Assembly (NCBI GenBank): GCA_964291405.2
Contig: OZ219926.1
Location: 4,736,001 to 4,800,000, forward strand
Length of the DNA stretch: 64,000 bases
Direction: 5' to 3'
Source: Thermodesulfobacteriota bacterium
Lineage (GTDB): Bacteria; Desulfobacterota; Binatia; Bin18
Part shown: piece after piece, positions 55,710-64,000 of the stretch
How the letters are laid out: every line of letters starts with the position of its first letter
How positions within the stretch are numbered: the stretch's first letter is position 1
Notes under the pieces: generated by a model
What the model was told of the DNA's origin: nothing
Database searches by the model: none
What the model saw: only the letters and a program-made list of their open reading frames with translations
Program-made: the position numbers and the translations under genes

Positions 55710-57110
55710 TCAATGTGCCCCCCGGTGTCCTGGTCCTCCCTGGGGGGATTCCCGAAGGGGCGTGCCGTCAGGTTCCAGGATGCCGACGGTCCGGTTCGTA
55801 TCGATCAAATACTTTTGGGTCACCTGTTGGACCTGTTCCGCAGTGACGGCCCTGAGGCCAGGAATGACTTTGAGGATGAGGCTCCAGTCGCCAAGCGCGG
55901 CGTACTGCCCGAGTTGCAGAGCTCGATAAAAGAACGAGTCCTGGGCATAGGTAAAACTCGATTCAATCAGATTCTTGGCCCGCTCCAGCTCCTTTTCCGT
56001 CACCAGGGTGGTCTTGAGCCGAGCGATCTCTGCGGACAATGCCTGTTCCGCGGCCTGCCAGGTTTTCCCCGGAGCGATCCTCATGGACAAGGTAAAGAGG
56101 GTGGGATCGATTGACGTCCGATCATAACCGGCGTTCGCGCTCAGAACCAACTGCTGCTCTTCAACCAGCGAGCGTTGCAAACGGGCGCTCCGACCACCGC
56201 CCAGAATCGTTGCTGCGATTGAGAGGGCGAAACTCTCGTCGTGCTCGAAGGTCGGAACGTGGTAGCCGGCAATATACAGCGGTAGCGAGGCCGGACGTTT
56301 GAGAAAAACGCGCCGTTCGCCCCGCTGTGGCGGTTCCACTGAGGTGACCTTGGGAATTGTCGCTCCGGCCGGAACCTGGCCAAACGTCTTGTGGATGCGT
56401 GGCAGGAGGCTCTCCGGAGTCACATCCCCCGCGATCACCAGGATGGCATTGCCGGGAGCGTAATAGGTCTGACGATAGGCTTTGACATCTGCAAGGGTGA
56501 CCGCCTCCAGGTCGTGCATCCAGCCGACCACGGGCCACCCATAGGGATGAGCCGTAAACGCGGCGGCACTGACCTGCTCCCACAGATCGGAACTCGGCTC
56601 ATCCGCGGTCCGCAGCCGGCGTTCTTCCATGACAATTTTCTGCTCCGACAGAAAGCCCTCCTCATCCAGCATGACATGGGCCATACGGTCGGATTCGAGT
56701 TCAAGAAAAAGGTCGAGATGCTGCACGGCTGCGCTTTCAAAATAGACGGTCTGGTCAGCAGAGGTGAAGGCGTTGTGCCGTCCTCCCCGTTCCTGAATCA
56801 AACGGGAAAATTCTCCCTTGCCGTAGGTCGGTGTTCCCCTGAACATGAGGTGCTCAAGCAGATGAGAAATGCCCGTAATACCCGGCCGCTCATTGCGCGA
56901 GCCGACCTTGTACCAGACCTGAAGGGTGGCGACAGGCGCACGATGGTCTTCCAAGATGATGACGGTCAGCCCGTTGTCGAGAACGTGTTGTGTCACCTGC
57001 CAGCCGTTCGTGTCGATGGGTTGGCTATGGCCGGACTGAAAGCCAAGCAGGAAGATGAATGCGCAAACGAGCGCGGAAAAGAATCTCAGCAGTTGCCGCC
57101 GTGTAATCAT
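55710..57110 (-). CDS. M16 zinc peptidase, catalytic subunit
   Basis: GISHLLEHLMFRGT, NAFTS, EERR; start uncertain. Confidence 0.9.
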   Translation of the reverse strand: MITRRQLLRFFSALVCAFIFLLGFQSGHSQPIDTNGWQVTQHVLDNGLTVIILEDHRAPVATLQVWYKVGSRNERPGITGISHLLEHLMFRGTPTYGKGEFSRLIQERGGRHNAFTSADQTVYFESAAVQHLDLFLELESDRMAHVMLDEEGFLSEQKIVMEERRLRTADEPSSDLWEQVSAAAFTAHPYGWPVVGWMHDLEAVTLADVKAYRQTYYAPGNAILVIAGDVTPESLLPRIHKTFGQVPAGATIPKVTSVEPPQRGERRVFLKRPASLPLYIAGYHVPTFEHDESFALSIAATILGGGRSARLQRSLVEEQQLVLSANAGYDRTSIDPTLFTLSMRIAPGKTWQAAEQALSAEIARLKTTLVTEKELERAKNLIESSFTYAQDSFFYRALQLGQYAALGDWSLILKVIPGLRAVTAEQVQQVTQKYLIDTNRTVGILEPDGTPLRESPQGGPGHRGAH

Positions 57111-57221
57111 AGCGGTCATAGTTGCGAACGCCAGACCTGTTTGCAAGGGGAGGGCGGCCCGGAAGGAGAGGGTCACAGGCTTAGGATACGAGTCGAGCCT
57201 TGAGAAGAAAGGGCGGGCAGA

Positions 57222-57746
57222 TTAGTACACCCATTCTCCTTTGGTGTAGCGAAATATCTCGGAAACCTGGCTGGTCTCGGCATGCTCAAATAAGCCGTTG
57301 GTCGCCTGTTTTTCTGTTTTACCTACACTGCGCATGGTCTTTTTGTAATATGTGAGGATGCCGATAAAAGGAATCGCCTTCGATTGGGTCTGCTTGATCT
57401 TTGTGTAGCGATAAGGAAGATAGCCGGTATATTCGGCGACGAATCCCTCCTGTGTTTGTCTGATCTGCATCCCCTTTTTCAGGAAGTCTTCAGTTCTTGC
57501 CAGCTTCTGCATCCATTTGCGGGTAAAAACATCAAAGCTCGCCCGCGCCCAGTCTTCCGCCTCTTCCCCGGCTGAAGGGGCGGGGTTGGAGGGCGTCTGG
57601 TTTTGGTCGGGTTGGGTCGCTTCTGTATGAGGCGACGGAGCGCTTTGCTGAGGGGACGTCTCCCCAGCCGTCGCTAAGCAGAAGGAAAAAAACACAAGCA
57701 GCCCAGCAGTACAAATACGGAAAAGAGATTTAAGTGGCAGCATCAT
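57222..57746 (-). CDS. Hypothetical secreted protein
   Basis: Signal-like N-terminus, low-complexity linker, C-terminal EIFRY..GEW.Y. Confidence 0.65.
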   Translation of the reverse strand: MMLPLKSLFRICTAGLLVFFSFCLATAGETSPQQSAPSPHTEATQPDQNQTPSNPAPSAGEEAEDWARASFDVFTRKWMQKLARTEDFLKKGMQIRQTQEGFVAEYTGYLPYRYTKIKQTQSKAIPFIGILTYYKKTMRSVGKTEKQATNGLFEHAETSQVSEIFRYTKGEWVY

Positions 57747-57813
57747 AGATGGGACGTGAAAAGGGCGGGGCTGGTTTCTCGAACCAAGCGCCCGCCCTGT
57801 TAATGCTGAGTAT

Positions 57814-57845
57814 GGCTGAGACACGCCTGCGTGTCTCAGCCTTTT
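57814..57845. terminator. 13-bp-stem hairpin downstream of ompA
   Basis: ggctgagacacgc-ct-gcgtgtctcagcc; the T-run is on the + strand only, so its direction is unclear. Confidence 0.5.
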
Positions 57846-57857
57846 CAGAGCGACGTA

Positions 57858-58550
57858 TCATTCACCGGCAGTTTGAACGATCAGTTCAGTCCGTCGGTTC
57901 ATTTTCCGGCCGTCCGGATTATCCGTCCCGTCGTCGTTCGTATTAGGGGCGACCGGGTCGTCTTCTCCACGCCCGACGGCTTCGAGACGATCCGCGTCTA
58001 TACCCTTATCGACCAAATATGCCCTGACTGCTGCGGCACGCTCTTCTGACAAGCTCTGGTTATAGGACTCGGAGCCTATCGAGTCAGTGTGCCCCTCGAT
58101 AAGGACTGTGCGATCTGGATTATCCTGAAGAATCTGGACCGCTTCATCAAGGACCGGCTCGAATTCAGACTTCACATCCGACTTGTCAAAATCGAAATTA
58201 ATCCCGCGCAGGATGATCTCCTTGGGTTCCGGTGGCGGTGGCGGCGGTGGTGGTGGCGGTGGTGGCGGTGGCGGTGGTGGCGGTGGTGGCGGTGGTGGCG
58301 GTGGTGGCGGTGGATCGTCCGCCGAATAATAGCCTAAGACCGCACCGACCAGTGCCCCGATTCCGGCCCCGGCTCCGACCGCCGCATCAGTATCGGTGTC
58401 ACTTACTCCGCTCCCGGCCGCGGCTCCAACAGCGGCACCGAGTGTAGCGCCATAGAATGCACGTTTCTGTCTTTCCGTTGCGCAGCCCGCAACCAGAAAG
58501 AGGAGGGCCATAACCCAGACAAAATGAAAGCCTCTACCTCCTCGAATCAT
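57858..58550 (-). CDS. OmpA-family lipoprotein with glycine zipper and 28-Pro linker
   Basis: Lipobox LVAGC; INFDFDKS, EGHTD, N..LS..RA, NRR.E. Confidence 0.92.
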   Translation of the reverse strand: MIRGGRGFHFVWVMALLFLVAGCATERQKRAFYGATLGAAVGAAAGSGVSDTDTDAAVGAGAGIGALVGAVLGYYSADDPPPPPPPPPPPPPPPPPPPPPPPPPPPPEPKEIILRGINFDFDKSDVKSEFEPVLDEAVQILQDNPDRTVLIEGHTDSIGSESYNQSLSEERAAAVRAYLVDKGIDADRLEAVGRGEDDPVAPNTNDDGTDNPDGRKMNRRTELIVQTAGE

Positions 58551-58691
58551 CTCCTAATCTCCTTTCTGTCCTGTCTGACTGTCCGAAAAAGGACTCCTCC
58601 GACCGGAAATACTTTGCAAACCTCTAACAGAAAACATAGACCCCGACAAGATCAAAACTAAGGTGCCGGAAATGCCAGGCCGCTCAGTGGC

Positions 58692-59879
58692 TTACGACCG
58701 TAGTGTGGCAAGACCGGGCAGGTCTCCCGATTCGAGAAAGGCTAAGGAAGCCCCGCCTCCGGTTGATATATGACTGATCCGGTCGGCAAGACCTGCCTGG
58801 CTCAAGGCGGCAACCGTATCCCCGCCCCCAGCAACACTAAAACAGGAGGAGAGGGAGGCGACCGCTTCCGCCATAGATCGGGTCCCCCGGTCGTATGGCG
58901 ACATTTCAAAAACACCCATTGGGCCGTTCCAGAGAATAGTCCTGGCAGACTGCACAACGGTCTGAAACGCGACAATACTGCGCGGTCCGATGTCTACTCC
59001 GAGCTGAGTATCGGGAATATCGGCGCCTGCCGTAGCGGTCGAAGCGGCTCCTGCCGTAAGCTCTGCCGTTACAATATGGTCTTGGGGCAGGTGAATGGTG
59101 ACGGCCTGCTTTTGAGCCTCTTGCAGCAGGCTTTTCGCTTCGTCAAATTTCTCCGGTTCGACCAATGAACGGCCTGTTCTCAACCCTTGCGCCCGCAAGA
59201 GGGTATAGGCCATGGCCCCCCCGATGATGATAGCGTCTGCGCGGGGCAGCAGGCTGTGTATCAGTCCGATTTTGTCTGACACTTTCGCTCCGCCGAGGAT
59301 GGCCACAAAAGGGCGGTCCGGCGCGGACAACAGGGATGATAGCGCCTCGACCTCTCTGCGCACGAGAAACCCGATCCCTTTGTCCTCGAAGTGTTGCACA
59401 ACGCCCACAACCGAGGCATGAGAGCGGTGGGATGAGCCAAACGCATCATTCACGTAGACGTCGGCCAAGTCGGCAAGGGCGCGACTGAACACCGGGTCAT
59501 TGGCTTCTTCCTCGGAGTGGAAACGCAGATTCTCAAGTACGACAACCGCCCCGGCCGGAAGCTGGTCGATCTGCCGCTCAACCATCGGTCCAACACAATC
59601 CGGAGCGAGGCTCACCGGACGACCCAGCAGTTCCTGGAGCAGTGCTGCCACCGGTTTGAGACTGAGCGCCGGCTTGACTGTTCCCCGAGGACGCCCGAGG
59701 TGAGACGCGAGCAGGATGGTCGCACCCTGGGCGAGGGCGTGCTGTATGGTGGGTAGCGCTTCCCGGATTCGCGTTGCGTCGCCCACTTTTTGCTCCGGCG
59801 TCAGTGGCACGTTAAAGTCAACGCGGATCAGAACGCGCTTATGTGCCAGAGGGAGCTGATCAACTGTTTTGAGTTCCAT
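58692..59879 (-). CDS. pgk: Phosphoglycerate kinase
   Basis: RVDFNVP, SHLGRP, ENLRF, GGAKVSDKI, WNGPMGVFE, STGGGA. Confidence 0.97.
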   Translation of the reverse strand: MELKTVDQLPLAHKRVLIRVDFNVPLTPEQKVGDATRIREALPTIQHALAQGATILLASHLGRPRGTVKPALSLKPVAALLQELLGRPVSLAPDCVGPMVERQIDQLPAGAVVVLENLRFHSEEEANDPVFSRALADLADVYVNDAFGSSHRSHASVVGVVQHFEDKGIGFLVRREVEALSSLLSAPDRPFVAILGGAKVSDKIGLIHSLLPRADAIIIGGAMAYTLLRAQGLRTGRSLVEPEKFDEAKSLLQEAQKQAVTIHLPQDHIVTAELTAGAASTATAGADIPDTQLGVDIGPRSIVAFQTVVQSARTILWNGPMGVFEMSPYDRGTRSMAEAVASLSSCFSVAGGGDTVAALSQAGLADRISHISTGGGASLAFLESGDLPGLATLRS

Positions 59880-59905
59880 GCGCTGATCGTGAGACCCAGC
59901 GACCC

Positions 59906-62350
59906 TTACGAGGGCGGGACCTCGGTCTGAAATCCCGCCTGGGCGGCGGTGACGTCAACCGTGGTGGCTTCCAGCGCATGCTCAAGCACCTCGTCGATAG
60001 CCTCAACAAAGCGAAACTGCATTTCCTCTCGCACCTTGGGCGGGACATCTTCCAGGTCTTTTTCGTTGCGTTGGGGCAGGATGACGGTCGTGACGCCGGC
60101 TCGCCGAGCAGCCAAGACTTTCTCCTTGACACCGCCGATAGGCATCACTTTCCCCCGCAGGGTAATTTCACCTGTCATGGCCACGTCCTGACGGACTTTG
60201 CGCCCGGTCAGCAGGGAGGCCAGAGCCGTCACCATGGTAATCCCCGCAGAGGGCCCATCTTTGGGAATGGCTCCGGAGGGGACGTGGATGTGGATGTCGC
60301 AATTGTCATAAAAGTCGGCAGGAATGTGCAACTGGTCGGCTTGGGAGCGGACATAGGACAGGGCGGTTTGGGCCGACTCTTTCATCACGTCGCCGAGGTG
60401 GCCGGTCAGGGTCAGGCCCTTTTTCCCAACCATGCGAGTCGCCTCAATGAAGAGGATATCGCCTCCATTCGGAGTCCAGGCCAGTCCGATAGCGACGCCA
60501 GGTCTTTGGGTGCGCTCGGCCACTTCCGGGAAGAATTTAATCGGCCCCAGCATATCCGAGACTTTCTCCTGGGTCACTGTGATTTTTTCTGTGTTCCCTT
60601 CGGTGACGCCTCGGGCGACCTTGCGACACACGGCCCCAATCTCGCGCTCCAAGTTCCGAACGCCCGCCTCATGGGTATACCCGCCGGCAATACTCAGCAC
60701 CGCCTCATCCGTAAATTCGACCTGCTCGTCGGTGAGGCCATGCTCGACGACCTGTTTGGGCATAATATGGCGCTTGGCAATTTCGAGCTTTTCCTCTTCC
60801 GTATAGCCGGCCAGTTCAATGACCTCCATCCGATCCTTGAGCGCCGGCGGAACCGGCTCCAGGTAGTTGGCGGTGGTAATAAACATGACCTTGGACAGAT
60901 CAAATGGGACTTCCAGATAGTGGTCGGAGAACGAGAAGTTCTGTTCGGGGTCCAGAACTTCCAGCAGAGCCGAGGCCGGGTCGCCACGAAAATCCATGCC
61001 CAGCTTATCAATCTCGTCCAACATGAACAGCGGGTTGTTTGACCCGGCGGAGCGCAGGGACTGAACGATGCGACCCGGCAGCGAGCCGATATACGTCCGG
61101 CGATGACCGCGGATTTCCGCTTCGTCTCTGACACCGCCCAGGGAGAGGCGGATAAACTTGCGGCCCATGGCCCGTGCAATAGAGCGTCCCAGCGATGTTT
61201 TGCCGACCCCCGGAGGACCAACGAAACAGAGAATGGGTCCCTTTGAGTCCTGCTTGAGCTTGCGAACGGCCAAATACTCGAGGATACGGTCCTTAATTTT
61301 CTCCAGGTCGTAATGGTCTTCGTCCAGGACCTGGCGGGCATGCGGAATATCCAGATTATCCTCTGTCGTGACTGCCCAGGGGAGGTGGATGAGCCATTCG
61401 AGGTAGGTCCGCACCATCGAGTGTTCTGCCGACTCGGGTGGAATAATTTTCAGACGCTCGAACTCATTATTGGCCGCCTTGAGCGCCTCCTCGGGCATCT
61501 TGGCGTCGTCTATTTTCTGGCGCAGGTCATCCAGCTCATTGGAACGGGAGTCTCCTTCTCCCAGTTCTTTTTGAATCGCCCGCATCTGCTGGCGTAAATA
61601 GAATTCCTTCTGATTTTTGTTGAGCTCGTTCTGGACCTGGGACTGGATTTTATTCCCCAGCTCAACCAGTTCGACTTCCCGATTCAGAATGGCGGACAGC
61701 TTTTCCAGTCGGGTCCGGATGCTCAAGGTATTCAACAGGTCTTGCTTTTCATCAACCGAGATATTCAGGTTCGAGCCGATCAGGTCCGTCACCTTGCCGG
61801 GGTCTTTGATATTCATGACCACACCCTGGAGTTCATCCGGCAGGTAGGGAACCATGGAGACGAACTTGGCAAACTGACTGACGAGGTGGGCTTGACGCGC
61901 GTCCACATCCCGGGAGGCTTCCGTTTCGCTCTCCAGTGGCGTGATCTGCGCCCGATAATAGGGCTCGATTTGCCCGTATTCCCGAATATCGATCCGCTTC
62001 AGCCCCTGGACCAGAATACGGACGCTGTCATCCGGGTATTTCAGCATTTTCAGGATACGACCGGCACTCCCCCGTGAAAAAAGAGCCTGCGGCTCCGGAG
62101 CTTCATCTTCTGGATTTTTCTGGGCGGCTAAGCCTAAGAGATTATTGCTTTTTCGGCAGTCTTCAACCAGCTTGAGTGAGGACGCGCGCGAAATGAGGAG
62201 CGGGACGATAGCGGAAGGAAAGATGACAACGCCCCGCAAAGGCAGGATCGGGAGTTCTTGAGGAAGCTCGACATCACTCAGGTCTTCTTCAAACCCCACA
62301 ACACTCTGTTCAGTGGTTTCTTCCCCTGCACCGACCTTGCTGTCTGCCAT
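59906..62350 (-). CDS. lon: ATP-dependent Lon protease
   Basis: [29 protein letters not shown]. Confidence 0.97.
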   Translation of the reverse strand: MADSKVGAGEETTEQSVVGFEEDLSDVELPQELPILPLRGVVIFPSAIVPLLISRASSLKLVEDCRKSNNLLGLAAQKNPEDEAPEPQALFSRGSAGRILKMLKYPDDSVRILVQGLKRIDIREYGQIEPYYRAQITPLESETEASRDVDARQAHLVSQFAKFVSMVPYLPDELQGVVMNIKDPGKVTDLIGSNLNISVDEKQDLLNTLSIRTRLEKLSAILNREVELVELGNKIQSQVQNELNKNQKEFYLRQQMRAIQKELGEGDSRSNELDDLRQKIDDAKMPEEALKAANNEFERLKIIPPESAEHSMVRTYLEWLIHLPWAVTTEDNLDIPHARQVLDEDHYDLEKIKDRILEYLAVRKLKQDSKGPILCFVGPPGVGKTSLGRSIARAMGRKFIRLSLGGVRDEAEIRGHRRTYIGSLPGRIVQSLRSAGSNNPLFMLDEIDKLGMDFRGDPASALLEVLDPEQNFSFSDHYLEVPFDLSKVMFITTANYLEPVPPALKDRMEVIELAGYTEEEKLEIAKRHIMPKQVVEHGLTDEQVEFTDEAVLSIAGGYTHEAGVRNLEREIGAVCRKVARGVTEGNTEKITVTQEKVSDMLGPIKFFPEVAERTQRPGVAIGLAWTPNGGDILFIEATRMVGKKGLTLTGHLGDVMKESAQTALSYVRSQADQLHIPADFYDNCDIHIHVPSGAIPKDGPSAGITMVTALASLLTGRKVRQDVAMTGEITLRGKVMPIGGVKEKVLAARRAGVTTVILPQRNEKDLEDVPPKVREEMQFRFVEAIDEVLEHALEATTVDVTAAQAGFQTEVPPS

Positions 62351-62557
62351 AGGTCTCCTCCCGTAGTGTTTCTACTACTCTACTCTGCTAGGACTGTTCA
62401 AAACCATAATACATGGTCTCTGCTTGCACAAGTGGGAAACTCCGGTTACAAACTTCGGCACTCTGAGGACGAAGACGTTGAGCAAAACCCCCCTTTACCT
62501 TGTTGGGACTCGGCTGTGGGGGCTGAAAGACGCTCAGTGTACCCGTAAAGGACTGGT

Positions 62558-63307
62558 GTGAAACACTACGACGCTGTGCTGTTTGACCTCTTTGGGACTA
62601 TTGCGCTGTTTAATCCGGGGAAATTGCCGGTTTTTGAGTGGAAGGGACAGACCACACGCTCGACCATGGGCCAGCTGCGCGATGTGGTGACGGAAGTGGT
62701 TCCGGCCCTGCCTTTTGAACAGTTTCATCAGGCCCTGGGCGAAGTGAACCAGGAACTCGGCGCCATCCGCTCCACACAAATGCGTGAAATCAGCTCTGCG
62801 GAGCGATTTCGTCGCACCCTGGTCCACGCCGGCCTGGACGACACCCCTGAAACTGCTCGTTTAGGAGCCTCCCTGTCTTTGGCCCATATGGACCTGCTCG
62901 CCGCCGCGACCGAAGTCCCTCCCGCTCATACCCAGTTCGTGGTTCGCGTAAGTGAACGCTACCCGACCGCGCTTGTCTCAAATTTCGATCATGCTCCAAC
63001 CGCGAGACGAGTCATCCAAAAAGGTCGGGTCGCCGACTGCTTTCGCTGTACGGTCATCTCGGCAGAACACGGCTGGCGCAAACCCCACCAAAAGATTTTT
63101 CATGACACGCTCACCCAGTTGCAGGTTGCGCCCCAATCCGCCCTGTTTGTTGGTGATTCTCCGCATGATGATGTGACCGGTGCCCAACAAGCGGGGATGG
63201 ATATCGCCTGGGTCAACGCCTCCGGGGCTGAGTTGCCTGCGCACTGTCCGCGCCCCCAGTATACGATTCGGGCTATCCCGGAGTTGGCGTCGCTGCTGTT
63301 TCCCTAG
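62558..63307 (+). CDS. HAD-superfamily hydrolase
   Basis: FDLFGT, VSNFD, RKP, VGDS..DD..GA. Confidence 0.88.
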   Translation: MKHYDAVLFDLFGTIALFNPGKLPVFEWKGQTTRSTMGQLRDVVTEVVPALPFEQFHQALGEVNQELGAIRSTQMREISSAERFRRTLVHAGLDDTPETARLGASLSLAHMDLLAAATEVPPAHTQFVVRVSERYPTALVSNFDHAPTARRVIQKGRVADCFRCTVISAEHGWRKPHQKIFHDTLTQLQVAPQSALFVGDSPHDDVTGAQQAGMDIAWVNASGAELPAHCPRPQYTIRAIPELASLLFP

Positions 63308-63359
63308 GCGTTGGTTTTCATAAGAGTTGTGCGCGTACGAACAGCGGGACGGCCACCTA

Positions 63360-63413
63360 AAAGAGGAAACGTATCCAGCATCTGATATCTATAGGAGGAC
63401 CCGTTTCCTCTTT
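63360..63413. repeat. Hairpin element with 12-bp terminal inverted repeats (copy 1)
   Basis: aaagaggaaacg...cgtttcctcttt; related copy at 63867-63922. Confidence 0.7.
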
Positions 63414-63875
63414 ATGCCACGTAAGATTCAAATTGCCGTTATTGGTGATAGTCAGCCTTCGGCAGAAGTCGCCGGCTGGGCAGAGGAGGTTGGCCGGCTG
63501 ATTGCTCAGCACGACGCCGTCGTGGTGTGTGGCGGACTCGGCGGTGTGATGGCCGCGGCCGCACGGGGCGCGGCGCAAAATAATGGAACCAGTGTCGGTA
63601 TTCTCCCCACATATGAGGCGACTACCGCCGCGCCTGGCATTTCGATTGCCATCCCCAGCGGGCTCGGGCACGCCCGCAATATGCTGGTGGTGGCCTCGGG
63701 GGATGCAGTGATTGCTCTGCCTGGCGCGACTGGAACGCTGTCCGAAATCGCACTGGCGCTGACGCTGGGCAAAACCGTGACTGCCATACGGGCCTGGTCC
63801 CATATTCAAGGTGTGTCCGTCGTACAGACTCCCCAAGAGGCCGTGCAACAGGCGTTACGCGCCGCCAAAGAGTAA
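63414..63875 (+). CDS. TIGR00725/LOG-like Rossmann-fold protein
   Basis: IAVIG, CGGLGGVM.A..RGA, G.ARN, GTLSE. Confidence 0.88.
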   Translation: MPRKIQIAVIGDSQPSAEVAGWAEEVGRLIAQHDAVVVCGGLGGVMAAAARGAAQNNGTSVGILPTYEATTAAPGISIAIPSGLGHARNMLVVASGDAVIALPGATGTLSEIALALTLGKTVTAIRAWSHIQGVSVVQTPQEAVQQALRAAKE

Positions 63876-63922
63876 ACGTGTCCAGCACTCATATCTATTA
63901 TTGGAGGACCCGTTTACTCTTT
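63867..63922. repeat. Hairpin element (copy 2); contains the gene's stop codon
   Basis: aaagagtaaacg...cgtttactcttt, with a compensatory change relative to copy 1. Confidence 0.7.
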
Positions 63923-64000
63923 CAGGAAAAGGTCTCAAGTGGTGGAAATTGAGAAACGGTCGCGGACATCCTATAAAAGAGCTGCCCGGAATATGTGAGG

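Overview
High-GC bacterial chromosomal segment. The gene content (many VOC, LLM and TA genes, a GLUG surface protein) suggests an uncultured deltaproteobacterial/Binatota-like organism, but this is inference. The backbone is housekeeping: partial acyl-CoA dehydrogenase, mutS-mutL, dusB, DEAD helicase, gloA, topo II A/B, hemE-hemH-hemY, rnhB, pdhC-lpdA-lipB-lipA, HMG-CoA lyase, M16 peptidase pair, OmpA, pgk, lon. An accessory island at ~7.4-21.3 kb holds a DnaB-N/RecA-type replication ATPase, broken TA modules and a type I R-M operon: hsdM - REP-associated HUH transposase - single-TRD hsdS - ABC-ATPase/DUF4276 pair - hsdR. Best candidates for undescribed biology: (1) a half-size hsdS bracketed by identical perfect 28-bp REP palindromes and coupled to a RAYT inside the R-M operon, a possible HUH-driven specificity cassette; (2) an operon of a di-iron ferritin-like protein, an HMG-CoA-reductase-fold enzyme with intact catalytic but altered substrate-binding residues, and a DAGK-family lipid kinase; (3) a CYCGC-motif protein with an in-frame UGA at a CxxC position followed by a SECIS-like hairpin (probable selenoprotein). 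Several MITE/REP families and about 8 TA loci occur. Three frameshifts (hsdM, hemH, GNAT) may be sequencing indels. No rRNA, tRNA or CRISPR array was seen. All family calls come from motif recognition by eye, not database searches.
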